A stretch of DNA of 63,133 nt, filler included. It is 15 parts of 15 records of this genome, joined end to end, with 100 filler letters (N's around TTAATTAATTAA, not from the genome) between each part and the next. Parts side by side here need not be neighbours in the genome. Positions count along the whole stretch, not along the records: positions 1 to 5,264 come from SRR7504441_20742; positions 5,365 to 9,675 come from SRR7504441_20751; positions 9,776 to 13,628 come from SRR7504441_20814; 12 more parts are not named here. One strand, 5' to 3'. Position numbers and translations under genes: made by a program. The notes beneath the pieces are model-generated. The model searched no databases. It was not told the origin of the DNA and saw only the letters and a program-made list of their open reading frames with translations. Of the stretch, positions 1 to 12,075 are shown piece after piece (position 1 is the first letter of the stretch; each line of letters begins with the position of its first letter).

Positions 1-2
1 CG

Positions 3-596
3 CCCGAGCCGGAGCCCGAGCCGGAGCCGGCGCCCGAGGAGCCGGCGCCGGTGACGGACGGGGAGAAGGAGGCGCTCCAGGCGCGGCTGGGCGAGCTGCA
101 GGAGCTGCTATCGGGGCAGGGCCGCGAGCTGACCATGGCCCAGCTGCGGATATCGGTGCTCGAGCTGCAGAAACTGACAGGGGACCCGGAGTGGCGCAAG
201 CTGAGCCAAGAGTGGCGCGCAAAATATGAGTCTAGCTGTGTCGAGATCCGGGGGATGGTGTCAGCCAACGGCGAGCTGGCCAGCGAGCTCCAGTGCCTGA
301 GGGAGGGACTGCTCCGGAGAGACGAACAGATCGAGTTTCTGATGCAAGTGCACGACGCCACGGCTGAGGTCGAGTGGAGCGCCCCCTGGGAATGCCCCGC
401 GTGCACCCTGCGGAACAGCCCGTCCGAGGACCACTGCACTGCCTGCGGCGGCGCACGTCCCTCCGGGGCGACGGCCCGAGCTGCGGATAGTGGGGCATCG
501 CGGCCGTGGAGTTGTCCGCACTGCACGTTTGAGAATCTGGATGGGAGCGCGGTGGTGTGCGCCGCGTGTGGACGGCCTAGAGCCGACGGCACGTGA
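3..596 (+). CDS. 5'-truncated coiled-coil protein with two RanBP2/NZF-type zinc fingers
   Basis: WECPACTLRN..CTACG and WSCPHCTFEN...CAACG match W-x-C-x2-C-x3-N-x6/7-C-x2-C; PE repeats at the window start. Confidence 0.8.
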   Translation, partial: PEPEPEPEPAPEEPAPVTDGEKEALQARLGELQELLSGQGRELTMAQLRISVLELQKLTGDPEWRKLSQEWRAKYESSCVEIRGMVSANGELASELQCLREGLLRRDEQIEFLMQVHDATAEVEWSAPWECPACTLRNSPSEDHCTACGGARPSGATARAADSGASRPWSCPHCTFENLDGSAVVCAACGRPRADGT

Positions 597-690
597 CATT
601 AAATCACGGTACCGGTGGTAAAGTAGCTTAATTAAAAGTACCGGTAGCTCCTTAACACTCATCAGGTCGTTTTTATTGGCATATTCCTTC

Positions 691-2067
691 ATGGCACTTC
701 GGGGAAGCCTCGCGATCGTGCTGCTGGCCGCCTCTCTGGCCGTAGCAGCGAAGCCGTCGGGGCTGGCCCAACTGATGCAGCGCCAGGCCGCCTCACTGGC
801 CCATCGGTGGAACATGTCGGTCAGCTTGGCCTTCTACCAGCCTCAGCTCGCCCCCAGCCCGGTGCTCGCCTCGGCTGGCTCGCGGAACGCCGGGCTCCAC
901 CTGACCGCCCGGCGGCCGGTCCCGAGCCGGCCGGACGACCGGTACGTCTGGGGGAGCACCACCAAGATGTTCACCGCAGCAGCCGTGCTCCAGCTGGTGG
1001 ATAAGGGGATTGTCCGACTGGCGGACCCGATCGGCGCACACGTCGACCCGCTACTTCGGGCGGCTGGGCTGCCGGTGCTAACGGAAAAGCTGGGCCCGGC
1101 CGCGGCCCAGATCTCGGTGCGGGAGCTGCTGCACATGACCTCGGGGGTGGGCGATTACGACCGGGGGAATTACAGCCGGGACCAATTCGCCTCTCCGGGA
1201 CGCGACTTCTCGCCGTTGGAGATACTGTCCGAGTACGTGCCAGGCGAGCTGGAGTACCCGCCCGGGTCTGCGCAGGACTACTGCAGCACTGACTATATAC
1301 TTCTCGGGTTGCTGCTCGCGCGACACTTGGGTGATGGCAAGCGGTGGCAGTCGTACGGTCACGGCCGGGCGCGCCAGCCAGCCTAGAGCAAGGGGGGCAG
1401 ATCAGCTGTCTGTGCTGCCTGATGCGCTGCGCAAGCGGCTCCGGCATTCGGTGTTTGCTGATAAAGGCCGATGCTCACAGCACACGCCTATGCATGGCTT
1501 TATGGCGCCCTCTTACTATAATCCTCACCAACACGGCGGTAAAACGCCTTGGCCTAACGGCTGGTAATGAGCCGGCCAGATCTGGATGTATGGAACGTCA
1601 GCTGTGTGGGAGGCTGGTCCGCCGGCAATTATATCGGGTCGGTCTCTGATGTGGCTCTGTTCACACACGCTCTGTATAGCCCGAACGGAGAATCGGTAGT
1701 TTCCCCAGCGATGCGGCGCGAGATGATCAATTTCACGGCGCCTGGCGCATCTCACCGGCACCATTTTAAGTTCTACGGCATGGGGACTTTCAATTTGGAT
1801 TGGGCAGTTTCGACCGGCAGTGAAAACATCACAGCTTACGGCCATGTGGGGGATACCTATGGGTACCAATCCCAAACGACTTACTTCCCTTCTGAGGACA
1901 GCGTCATCACGGTGGCCACTAATATCGAAACCGACTCGCAGGCCCAGCCAGCAGAGGCCACTTGCCTCTTGTTTCACGAGATAAGGGCGCACCTTCGGGA
2001 TGAACCGGCGCCGCATTGCTCGTTCAATGTGCCGGAGCGCTTTATCGGAACTTGCAGCTGCAAATGA
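691..2067 (+). CDS. Secreted beta-lactamase-like serine hydrolase (S12 family), 3 exons
   Basis: Signal peptide, GSTTK (SxxK), YCS, GHVGDT. GT-AG introns 1358-1400 (43 nt) and 1539-1579 (41 nt) join three ORFs in frame. Confidence 0.85.
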
Positions 2068-2365
2068 CCTCGTACTGCATACATGTACTGTAGTTCCGAT
2101 CATGCAACCACAGTACACTGTGATGTAGACTACAAGCCGTGTAGAACAACTCTAGAATAACCCTCTAGATCCACACCAAGCCGGTTCATGGGCAATAAAC
2201 AACACTTGGAGTTTCAACATGACTATTGTTTACCTGTGTTTACTTGCAATAAATCGAATAAAAACTAAACAACCCCAATAAGACTATGTCAGCACAATGT
2301 CATCTATGACTCACGATAGAGGTCCCTAAGAATTAGATCTCTTCAAGATCAAACTCTGAGCATGA

Positions 2366-3841
2366 TCACTTCATCCACTTCTTGAACAGCTCAATGGCCT
2401 TGTCGCGGATCCTTGTTGCACCAGGCACTTCGTTCTCTGTGGCCGGGTACAGCCCGACGCAGTGCGAGCCCAACGGGGCAACCTCTGTGTACACCTCGCG
2501 GGCATTGGCAGGGTAATCAGTGATGCTGAGCAGGCTCCAAGCATCGAGCCCACCGTTCGAAAACAGCACGTTGCTGATACCCTCGGGGCTCTTGGCCCCA
2601 TAGAACTCATTCGTCTGCGCGATCCGCGCTCCAATCGACGACTGCTCGATCCCGTACACGTCCTCGCAAACGCCCTGCCACAGTCGCCGGTCCGATACTC
2701 CTAACGTGTACATGGACGGCCGGTCCCACTCGCTCGTGGCTGTCTGGAAATAGCCAAACTCGTTGCAAGTCTGCCAGAACCACGTTCTGGCCGCGTTAGC
2801 CTCGCCGCTGGCAGGCAGGGCGCTCTCCATGAGAACAGCATACATGGCTCCTATGGAGTTGTCGGTGCAGTTGTTTGGACCTACTCCCTGGCTGATATTC
2901 AGAAACTCTGACACAGACACAGCGGCGGCCAATGCCGACGGCGCTTTCTCGACCAGCCGCCGGATGTCGTCCAGCTTGGGTTGGCGGGTGTTGTTGTACT
3001 GCATCACTAGCCCGGGGAAGGTGCTAATTGCAGTCTCTAGGTTGGCGCGATCCGCCTCCGACACCAGCGTGCCCGGGCAGACATGGAACAGCTGCTCCAG
3101 CCGGAGCCGCGCGCCCGGGGTCGGGTCGTGGATCAGCCCGGCGAGCTCATTGTATCCGGCATAAAGCTTTGTGGCGATTGTCTGGTCGAATACGCCCTCG
3201 GGGCTAGTCGAAACTGCCTTCCAGACCATCTGCCCGAAGCCTGGCCAGTCCTCGACCGCGTGCACTGGCCCGGAGGCCGCCCAGCAGCCCTGGGTCAGCT
3301 CGGGGTACTTGAGTCGGTACCAGGCGGCCAGGTTGCCCGGGTAGCTCCCGCCCATACAGAACACCGCCGACTGGTTCATGTCACTCCGCTGCCCGACGAA
3401 CCAGCGCTGGAACCGGGCCAGGTCGGCGAGCGCCTGCCGCGAGGTGAGCAGCGCCAGGTTCTCGGTGGCCAGGCTCCCGAACGGCTGGCTCTTGCCGTAA
3501 AACCGGTGCTCGACCGCGACCACCGCCCCGCCGGTCTGCCGCGCGAACTCGACGTTGGTCAGGTAGCCGCTCACGTAGGCGTCCGAGAGCGGGCCCTCGC
3601 CGCCAATGGTGAGCAGCACCGGGCCGCCCGGCCGGTAGTGCTCCATGTTCATGAAGTATCGCTGGCCGAAGGTTCGGTTGTCCGCTGGGTTGCTGTGATC
3701 GACCAGTTGGGCCGTGTAAAAGTGCTCAGGGTAGCCCGAGGGTGGTGGGGCCGGGGCGCGGGCCAGGAGCTCCTGGCGCAGTGGGATTCCCTGAGCGCAC
3801 GCGGCCAGCAGCAGCCCGACGGCGAGCGAAGCTGTTGCCAT
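2366..3841 (-). CDS. Serine carboxypeptidase S28 family (PRCP/TSSP-like), secreted or lysosomal
   Basis: Signal peptide, GGEGP, EHRFYGKS, QALADLA, GGSYPG nucleophile, WFWQTCNEFGYFQT, GSHC. Confidence 0.93.
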   Translation of the reverse strand: MATASLAVGLLLAACAQGIPLRQELLARAPAPPPSGYPEHFYTAQLVDHSNPADNRTFGQRYFMNMEHYRPGGPVLLTIGGEGPLSDAYVSGYLTNVEFARQTGGAVVAVEHRFYGKSQPFGSLATENLALLTSRQALADLARFQRWFVGQRSDMNQSAVFCMGGSYPGNLAAWYRLKYPELTQGCWAASGPVHAVEDWPGFGQMVWKAVSTSPEGVFDQTIATKLYAGYNELAGLIHDPTPGARLRLEQLFHVCPGTLVSEADRANLETAISTFPGLVMQYNNTRQPKLDDIRRLVEKAPSALAAAVSVSEFLNISQGVGPNNCTDNSIGAMYAVLMESALPASGEANAARTWFWQTCNEFGYFQTATSEWDRPSMYTLGVSDRRLWQGVCEDVYGIEQSSIGARIAQTNEFYGAKSPEGISNVLFSNGGLDAWSLLSITDYPANAREVYTEVAPLGSHCVGLYPATENEVPGATRIRDKAIELFKKWMK

Positions 3842-3949
3842 AGTGCGGGTTGAGCGAGCGCGTTACAACGGCCGCCGCGGTGCTATGACAGTACCGGTAG
3901 ACTGTAGAGCTCGGGCTGCTCGGCTCGACGGGCTGTGGTGCGGCCAGCG

Positions 3950-4696
3950 ATGGGTCTGGTGTACTCCCCACAGTACGACGTGCTGGTCTCTCCGGCGGCG
4001 CTATACGGCCTGCCAGCAACCTACCTACTCCTGGCCATCTGGGGCAACTTCGCCATGCGCTCCCGGCCGGCGTTGGAGGTGGGCCTCGCGATGAAGCTGT
4101 ACAACATGGCCCAGATAGGGCTTTGCGCATACATGACAGCTGGCATGCTGCCCGTGCTCGGATTCCCGAACGTGTTTGGGATCAACAGTCAATACACTGC
4201 GCAGGGCGAGTGGTTTATCCTGGTGCATTACATTTCAAAGTTCCTCGACTGGCTAGATACGCTGTGGATGGTGCTCCGGAAGAAGTCCAACCAACAGATG
4301 AGCTTCCTGCACCTCTACCACCACGCCACTATAGGCCTGGTGTGGGGGTTCCTGCTCTCGACAGGCAACGGCAACGGTACGGCCCAGTACGGCGCCTTCA
4401 TCAACTCGGTGACCCACGTAATCATGTACTCGCACTTCCTCTGGACATCGTTTGGGCTAAAAAATCCACTCAAGGGCCTAGTGACCACCTGGCAGATCTG
4501 CCAGTTCTACTCATGCTTCGCCCATGCAATTTGTGTGCTCTTTGTGTTCCCAGATTGGGAGACTCACTTCCCGCGGAGGTACGCCTGGGTCCAGTTTGGC
4601 TACCACCTGACCATGTTATACCTGTTCACGTTTAGGCTGCATTGGGTGCCGGCGGCGCTAAAAGATCCTACTCTTGACAAGACCAAGGTCAAGTGA
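3950..4696 (+). CDS. ELO/GNS1-SUR4 fatty-acid elongase
   Basis: KFLDWLDT, SFLHLYHH histidine box, NSVTHVIMYSHF, TTWQICQF; C-terminal KxKxx-like ER signal. Confidence 0.93.
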   Translation: MGLVYSPQYDVLVSPAALYGLPATYLLLAIWGNFAMRSRPALEVGLAMKLYNMAQIGLCAYMTAGMLPVLGFPNVFGINSQYTAQGEWFILVHYISKFLDWLDTLWMVLRKKSNQQMSFLHLYHHATIGLVWGFLLSTGNGNGTAQYGAFINSVTHVIMYSHFLWTSFGLKNPLKGLVTTWQICQFYSCFAHAICVLFVFPDWETHFPRRYAWVQFGYHLTMLYLFTFRLHWVPAALKDPTLDKTKVK

Positions 4697-4911
4697 CCTC
4701 TGGCTTTCTTTGCTTAACCAGATTCTAAGTACTCAAGCTATCGTTTCGGCCGTTGCCACATTAAAGCCGTGCACATCGCATTACACATCGCATTGTGCAT
4801 TTATTGATTTTCTTTCTATAACGTTAGTTTTGCTGCAGATTTGGCAAGTGATCATGACTGAAGCCGATTAATTACTCCAGTAGACCCAATACCTAGCCCC
4901 TCACCTACCCC

Positions 4912-5264
4912 TCACCCTGTGGAGCATGTGCTGTTGTTTATATCGAGCCACAGTTTCGATGGCTTCTCCACACAATCTACCATCAGCAAATCTGATTCCT
5001 TAGAATGATACTCCCCATCTGAGTGGTACTCCCCATCTGAGTGGTAGTGCCTCCCTAACACAGGGTTCGTGCTCTCACTCCAAGCACTCGTCTCCGGATC
5101 GTACACTTCCAGCAAGTCAACGCAGCTATCATCGTCGCCACATCCGATTAGCCAGAGCCTATCCTCAAAGGCTACTGCGGTTGTGAAGTCCCTGGAAGGA
5201 CGCGGGCCCTCACTCCACCGCTCGGTGGTTGGATTGTACACTTCAACCATCCATTCCGGTTCCA
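4912..5264 (-). CDS. 3' end of a Kelch-repeat protein
   Basis: VEVYNPTTERWS and LEVYDPETSAWS Kelch blades; truncated by spacer; tandem HSDGEY repeat near 5004-5050. Confidence 0.75.
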
Positions 5265-5364
5265 NNNNNNNNNNNNNNNNNNNNNNNNNNNNNNNNNNNN
5301 NNNNNNNNTTAATTAATTAANNNNNNNNNNNNNNNNNNNNNNNNNNNNNNNNNNNNNNNNNNNN
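5265..5364. other. Artificial contig-joining spacer (first of 14)
   Basis: 44 N + TTAATTAATTAA + 44 N. Identical spacers start at 9676, 13629, 17155, 20436, 25177, 28547, 33133, 37711, 43861, 47649, 51676, 56207 and 59370. Confidence 0.98.
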
Positions 5365-5853
5365 CCCCTGCTCAGCCGCCTGCTGATACAGCTCGACCGC
5401 CCTCATGTAGTCCTGCTCCACGCCCTGGCCGAGATAGTACATGTACCCAAGGTTGTACTGCGCCTCGGCGTCCCCCTGGGCTGCCTCCGCGGCGATCCGC
5501 CACGCGGTCCTCCTGAAATCTTGCTCCACGCCATCGGCTCCAAGGTTGCGCTGCGCGTCTGCATGCCCCTGCGCAAGATTGCGCTGCGCCGCTGCGTGCC
5601 CTTGGTCGGCTGCCCGCCGCCACAGCTCGGCCGCTCTGTTTTCGTCCTGCTCCACCCCTTTGCCGAAGTGATAGAGTAGTCCGAGCCTGTACTGCGCCTC
5701 TGCGTACCCGAGCTCGGCCGCCTGCAGCCACAGCCGCACAGCCTTAGCCCGGTCCCGATCCACGCCGCTGCCCTCAAAGTACCGCAGCCCGAGCGCGAAC
5801 TGGGACTCTGGGCCGTCCTGGGCGTCCGCCTCGTGCGAGCTGCCGGCCTCCAT
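5365..5853 (-). CDS. Sel1-repeat protein (3'-truncated)
   Basis: Repeated AQYxLGxxYxxGxGVEQDxxxAxxxxxxAAxQG units. Confidence 0.9.
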
Positions 5854-6216
5854 TTGCTCACTGCAAGCAATCGCGCGGCCGCCGCGATCCGAGATGAATG
5901 ATCAACGCACAGCCTTGTCAACGGATCAATGTGCGGCACTGAACGCTGTTTTGAAGTACTTTTGCGCTTGAAGCCCAAGGATGAATGCTCTACAAACAAA
6001 AGTTCTTATGCGCATATTGCATAGTTCGCCCCGATAATTGACAGATCTAGATTTGATTTAATTAAGAAACTAGAGTAAAGATCCGGCCGATACGGACACG
6101 CGGACAGTGTCACAACAGCCCTGTGGTGCATTGGCCCCGTGAACCGTACAATCATGTAGTCTACATCGATGAAGCTAGCACCGGTTGAGAGGTTCAGGCT
6201 AGCCTAAGGCTAGCCA

Positions 6217-7043
6217 TCATGCTCGCAGCTGGGCTAGTAATCGGGCCACCGGCTCTATCTCGTCGTCCGCTGCCTGCTCATTGCTAGGAGCCGGTTCTGC
6301 GGGCTCCGGGTGGTCGGCATACCACCACAAGTTGTCTATTGCTGCCTTGAGCTCGCCGAGTGCTTGCCTGGCCAGGTCGAGGTCCTTGTTGTCCTCGATC
6401 TTGATACGGAGAAGCCCCTTGAGCCCAGCCACTTGGTCGAGCAGCCCCGGCAGCTGCTCAGGGTGTTCGTCCAGCAGCCCGACCATCGCCTGGGCCGACT
6501 TCCAGCACTCGCGCTCGGTGCCCGGGATTGGAGTCCGGGTCACTGCCGCGTTGCGCTGCCCTGGCACCGGGGGCGCGTCCATCTCTGCCTGCTGCTCCTC
6601 CCTGTTGGCCAGCCGCTGGAGCAGCTCCTGGAACAGCGTGCCCTCCAGCACCCCGCCACCGGCCGCCAGTCGGCGGAGCTGGGCCAGCAGTCCCACAGCG
6701 GCCAGCACGTCTTCCTGCAGTGCCCCGAGCTGCTCTTTGTTGGTCAGCTCGCGCCTCACCAGCGCATCCAGCTCCATCAGCTTCCCACCCAGCACCTCCC
6801 TGCTCACACTGCGCGGGGCGCCTGCCACCCCAGTCTGAGTGTCGGCAGGGCGCCAGCTGGGCAGCGCTAGGACGGGGGCAGCACAAGCGCGCCGGAAGGC
6901 TGGTCCAGGTGGCAGCGGCGGGTACCGTGGAGCGAGGTGGCGTTGACGATCAGGTCAGAGCGCCAGGATTCGAGCGAGCCGAGCCGGGGAGCCTTGCGGC
7001 GGTTCCGGCCGAAGCTCGGCTTTACCTTCCAGCCAACCGCCAT
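6217..7043 (-). CDS. Hypothetical helical protein, probably multi-exon
   Basis: 203-aa ORF with coding-like composition; upstream ATG exon (MAVGWKV) and possible short introns; no recognisable family. Confidence 0.4.
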
Positions 7044-7545
7044 CGTACTCTCTCGGCCCTCCTGCACGGGCTCATCTCATCCATTTTTGCCACCGGTCTT
7101 CACAGCCAATCACAAAGGTGACAGGGTCCCCGTCAGCTACCCGTGCCAGACCGCCAGGCCATCATGTGCAATGGACGCAATAGATCTACTAGTGGGAACG
7201 CGCGAGGGGAAAGGTCCTGAACCTACCTTTAAGGAGCCTCTTCTCATGACCCACGTGCGGGTGATGATAAATCTAGGTACCAAATCTGATCATGAGCTAA
7301 AGACAACGGTACATGTACCGACGTAGTACCGATGTCACCGACGATGTTCACTTCTAGCTTAATACTTGTATAGTACTTCTTGTTCACTTTTATATGAACA
7401 CTAGTTAATGTAGTTGAGTGACTTGTGGCATACAGCTTTTCAATGAACGCCATAGTACCAGTCCGTCAGTGCATGTCGATGCCCATGATCAACTTGCTAA
7501 CTAAGTCGAGTCTAAGCTGAGTTTAAGCGTGTGCACATGCCTCTG

Positions 7546-8572
7546 TCATGTCGGAGGCGCTGCTTTGGGGGACCATCCCCGCTCTAGGAAGATGTGTCGC
7601 GCAGCCTTGGCATCCCGGTAGCCCGCCTCATACATCTGCAAGGTCTCGGTCATCGAGCAAGGCAAGGCCGCGTTCTTGACTGCTAGATTGACCGAAGGCT
7701 GGATGTCCGATGGTCCGAACGGGAGCACCTCCACCCCAATCGGCGGCTCGCCTCCCACCCACTCCATCTGCCGCACAGCCCTGGTTAGATAAATACGGCA
7801 ACTCCCGACCCTACAGTGCACACACCTGGTTCCATTCGCACGAGGAGTAGGCCCCGTCCCCGACAATCGCCCCCCGCCAGCGGATCTGGCCCCTGAAGAA
7901 CACTCCAGGCAGGTTCATGGAGGCAAGCACGCAGCTCACGAGCTCTTGGTTGCTCCGGAACTGTGAAGCCCGCTCGTTGTGCAGCACCGGCACAAGCCCC
8001 CAGCGCCACTCGATCCGCGTGAACGACACAGTCAGCCGGCCACTCAGCTTTGCGTGCGCGTCGGGTGGCAGGAACTGTAGCAGGTGGCGGCGCAGGAAGT
8101 CTGGGCCGTCCAGATAGCACCGGAGCCGGCCCTCGGCCCAGTGGGCCAGGCAGGTCGGATACTCGGCCTCGCACCAGGCGCGCGGGCAGACCCCGAGCAG
8201 CGTGGCCAGCACCGGGAAAGCCGAGGCGGAGGTGACGTAGATGTGCGCCTGCTCGAGCTCGAACTGCTCGTACAAAAACTGGCAGACGCCGCCCATGTAC
8301 GGCCACCAGAACCCAGCACCCCCGAACGCCACCGCCGGCCCGGCCGGCGCCCGGCAGCGCATGGGGGTGTCGCCCTTGAGCCAGCCGATGAGCAGCTGGG
8401 CGGTGTAGCAGCAGGTGAGCAGCAGGTTGCAGCCCCAGCCCTGGACGGTGGCGCCGGCCGAGCGAAGAGCGGCGCGGGGGGAGGAGAAGAGCTCGGCCAG
8501 TAGCAGGCCCAAGGACAGGGTGCACAGAGTGCTGCTCACCAGCAAGCAGAGCGCCATGCACACGAGCTTCAT
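7546..8572 (-). CDS. Patatin-like phospholipase, 2 exons
   Basis: N-terminal hydrophobic segment, FGGAGFWWPYMGGV glycine loop, TSAS nucleophile elbow, LASMNLP, DGA motif, C-terminal YEAGYRDA; one intron near 7768-7825 with ambiguous boundaries. Confidence 0.85.
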
Positions 8573-8632
8573 GGCCACGCCTGCCCGGTTCAGTTACATC
8601 GGCGTGTTTGCCGTTATATGTACAGATCTAGG

Positions 8633-9675
8633 ATGGCGGGAAGGGATCCCGTCAGCCCGGGCCCCGCAACCGAGGCTGACCGACCCCCTGTAACGCCGGC
8701 GGCGGGCCAGCAGCGCGATGTGTGGTGGGTGGATGAGGAGGGCCGGGGCGGCTGGTTCTGGGGCACGGTGCGCTCTCTGCCCGATGGAGCCCTGAGCGTG
8801 CAGTGGGACTTGTACCCTGAGGATGGGCCGGACCGCATCCCCGCCGCCTCGGTCCCAGCCAGGGTGCGCGAGCGCGGCTCTCAGAGCGTGCACCCGCAGC
8901 AGCAGCGCCGGCAACGCGCCAGTGCAGGCGGATCTGCAGTGGACAGCAAGAGGAGGCGGGTGGAGCCGGATCGGTTGACGGTTGGACCGGTACGCCGACG
9001 GTTGGACAAGGAGGAGGAGGAGGAGGAGGAGGATTGCCATGAGATCCAGTACATCAGCGACGTCAGGACCACAGGAAAAGGCAAATCGAGTAATCAAGAA
9101 TATCTCGTCCAATACAAGGAGGACAGGGCAGGTGATCAGTTTTGGCAGCAGTCGTCGCGAATGAAGGAAGACGGCCTCAATGGAGCAGTGAGCAGTTTCC
9201 TGTCGGGAAGGCTTGCGGGCCGCGATGGAAGGGAGAGCCAGACGTGTCAGGCGTGTACTCCAAGCGACGGTCCAGGGTCACCACGGGGTGTCCAAGGACA
9301 GGATGCCCTCCTGATCAAGGTCAAGGAGCGCTGCATCTGTGGCGCGTACTTGGTCACCTGGGAAGATGGCCCCGACACTTGGGAAGCAGCTCGACACTTG
9401 GAAGAAGTGGACTCGGTTACAAGGTCATTCGACCACGGCTACAAGAAAGGCCGGGAGCTACAATCTTCACCCGTTGTGACGCGGCCAGTCAGAATGTCTA
9501 GCGACTGGAGCTTTCTGAAGCAAGCAGGTAAGGCAAGTGGCACTGCCGGCAGCAGGCGAGCCAGGGCACGAGGACCGATTGCAATCAATCGGGCACAGAA
9601 TCAGGTGGAAGCGGAGCGGGCGGAGAGGCAGGCGGCAGAGAAGAAGGCAGCGCAGAACCAGCGGCTGCTAGAGGA
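8633..9675 (+). CDS. Protein with Tudor-like and two chromo-like segments (3'-truncated)
   Basis: DVWWVDE..GWFWGTV..LSVQWD; EIQYISDVR...EYLVQYKE...FWQ; YLVTWEDGPDTWEAARHL. Confidence 0.55.
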
Positions 9676-9775
9676 NNNNNNNNNNNNNNNNNNNNNNNNN
9701 NNNNNNNNNNNNNNNNNNNTTAATTAATTAANNNNNNNNNNNNNNNNNNNNNNNNNNNNNNNNNNNNNNNNNNNN

Positions 9776-11560
9776 GCCGCCGGGGCCGGTAGTGATTGAG
9801 CCGGACCCGGGGCTGGCCGAGCTGACTGCGGAGCTGGGGGCGTGCCGGGGCGAGCTTGCCTCGTGCCGTGAGGACAAAGCCGCGCTGGAGAGCCGGTGCG
9901 CCGAGCAGAAGAAGCGGCTGGACGGGCTCAAGGGCAAGCTGATCCAGCAACAGAACGACCCGGACCAGTCGGCCGAGCTGGAGGCGGCGTACCAGCTGCT
10001 CGAGCAGTACCGGGCGCAAGAGCTCTCCCCGGCCGAGTACGGGTCGCAGCTCAGGGAGAGCCAGGCCCTGCTCCAGGCCGGCCACAACGAGACCGTCCAG
10101 CTCCGCGAGCGGTGCCAGAGCCAGCAGGCCGAGCTGGATCTGCTGAGCGCTCAGATGGCGAGCCGGCCGAGTCCGGCGAGGCAGGAGGAAGAGCATGCGG
10201 CGACCGGCGAGTTGATGCGGCAGCTGCGCGATCAACACATGGTCCGGGCGTGGGGGCTGATCGCGTACAGGTTCGAAGGGTACATGCTCCAGCTGTGGCT
10301 GGAGGCCGCCAAGCAGGTGGGCCGGCTGGGGGAGTGCCGGGCTGATGGGCGGCGCAGGAGCTCGAGATTGCACACAGCCAGATGATGCTCCCTAGCCCAG
10401 GCCAGCTGGCGGCGGAGGATCGGCTGCGCGAGGCGCTGCGAGAGCGGGCCGGGTGCGGGGCCGAGAGGGACCAGTTGCGCGAGCAGTGTTCGGCGCTGCT
10501 GGTGGAGCTGGGCGCGACCAAGGAGCGAGCCGCCAAGTGCCAGAGTGCGAACAGCGGGCTGGAGCAGCAGTGTGCGGCCCAGCTCAAGGAACTGCACGCC
10601 AGGCGGGAGCTGCCCCACCAGCCGGAGCAGCCGGAGCAGCCGGAGCCGGCCGATGAGACCAGGAGGGCGGACGAGCTGCGGCATAGCGAGGAGCTCACCC
10701 GGCAGCTGCAGGCGTGCCAGGCCGAGCTGAAAGAGTGCCGGCTGGAGCTGGAGCGGGCGGCGCAGGCCAAGGCGGAGCTGGATGGTCTGTGTGCGGCCCA
10801 GCAGACCAATCTGTTGGTGAGCCAGGGCCAGCTTGGTTCGTGCCAGGCTGAGAGGGAGCAGCTGGACAGCCAATGCATGGCACAGCTGGAGCAGCTGGCC
10901 CGGGCGGACCAGAAGATTCGCCTCCTCACGGCTGAGCCGCCAGCCGAGCAGACACCAGCCGGTCCGGAGCCCGAGGCGCGGCCGAACGGAGCTCTGATGG
11001 CGCGCTCGTGGCGGCTGGTGGCGCACGGGCTGGAGCGCTGCTTGCTTCAGGCGCAGCTGCGGGCGCACGAGGAGGTGCTCGGGGCCACTCAGAGCGAGCT
11101 CGAGGGCACGAGCGCCCAGTTCAGTGCGTTGCGGCAGGCGCAGGGCTCAGAGCTGCACAAGCTGCAGCAGGCCAACAGCCGGCTCGAGTCGGGTGCCCGG
11201 CAGGAGCAGGCCACCTCTCGAATAGAGCTGGACGCGGTGCTCTTCGAGAAGCAGCAGCTCGAGAGCCGTTGCGAGGCCCAAGCGGGCGAGCTGGAGGCTT
11301 GCCGAGTGCGGCTCCGCGAAGCGGCGGCGGTCGGGCAAGGCAAGCGGGAGCTTGAGGATCGGGTGGAGCGGGGCCGGGACGAGCTCAGACTGAGCCGGCA
11401 GCAGCAGAGCGAGCTGCGGGCCCAGAAGGCGGCGCTGGAGCGCGAGCTCGAGAAATGCCGCGAGGAGCTGCTGGCGGCATACGAGCGCGATCCTGCTGGC
11501 GACGATAATAGAAAGTCGGTCGGCAGGAGCAATCTGCGCCAAAAGTTGCTGAAATCCTGA
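9776..11560 (+). CDS. Long coiled-coil protein (5'-truncated), 2 exons
   Basis: E/Q/L/R heptads; GT-AG intron 10317-10357 (41 nt) joins ORFs 9792 and 10382 in frame. Confidence 0.75.
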
Positions 11561-11739
11561 ATGAGTAAATCTCTTTTGTTCCCTATAGAAAGTTCTCCGT
11601 TTCATTCACCGGTTTCGATCTAGCGACCGACCTCATGAATGCACGATTCACACGACCTCAAAGGAGAACGCGCGCAGTCAACTGAAAACCGTCACATGAA
11701 AATTTCTTCGAATTTGTAACAGCAATTTCCCAGAGCAAC

Positions 11740-12075
11740 ATGGTCGCCTCACGGTGCGGCGGGCGGCTCAGACCGGCGGCTGACGGGGGGCAGATTCGAT
11801 CCACCCAAGCACAAGCCGGCCCCGGCCACGGCGGCCCCGGTCCCGGACAACGGTCGGCCCCAGATCGGGAGCACGGCCAACTCTTACGCGGCCAAGGAGA
11901 ACAACGACTTCAAGAGCAAGCTGGCCCAGCTCAAGGCGGCCTCCACAGCCAAGGAGAACCCGTACGGGTGCCCCCCCCCCACCTCGCCCCCGCTGACTCG
12001 ATGGGCAGCCAAAGCCACGACGAGACCGTCCGGGATCGGCTCGCCCGGCTCAACAGCCGGCTCAACACCGCATGA
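11740..12075 (+). CDS. Small 84-aa hypothetical protein, 3 exons
   Basis: Introns 11754-11793 (40 nt) and 11968-12008 (41 nt), both with GCTGAC branch; spliced CDS is 255 nt (MVASRFDPPKHKPA...RLNSRLNTA). Confidence 0.7.
   Translation: MVASRCGGRLRPAADGGQIRSTQAQAGPGHGGPGPGQRSAPDREHGQLLRGQGEQRLQEQAGPAQGGLHSQGEPVRVPPPHLAPADSMGSQSHDETVRDRLARLNSRLNTA

Noticed and set aside
676-2067. Frameshifted pseudogenes, programmed frameshifting or stop-codon reassignment behind the many broken ORFs
   Set aside because: Breaks are explained by frame-restoring introns of about 40 nt; TAA, TAG and TGA all act as terminal stops.
691-2067. Antibiotic-resistance beta-lactamase or bacterial contamination
   Set aside because: Contains host-type introns; only the general serine-hydrolase fold motifs are supported.
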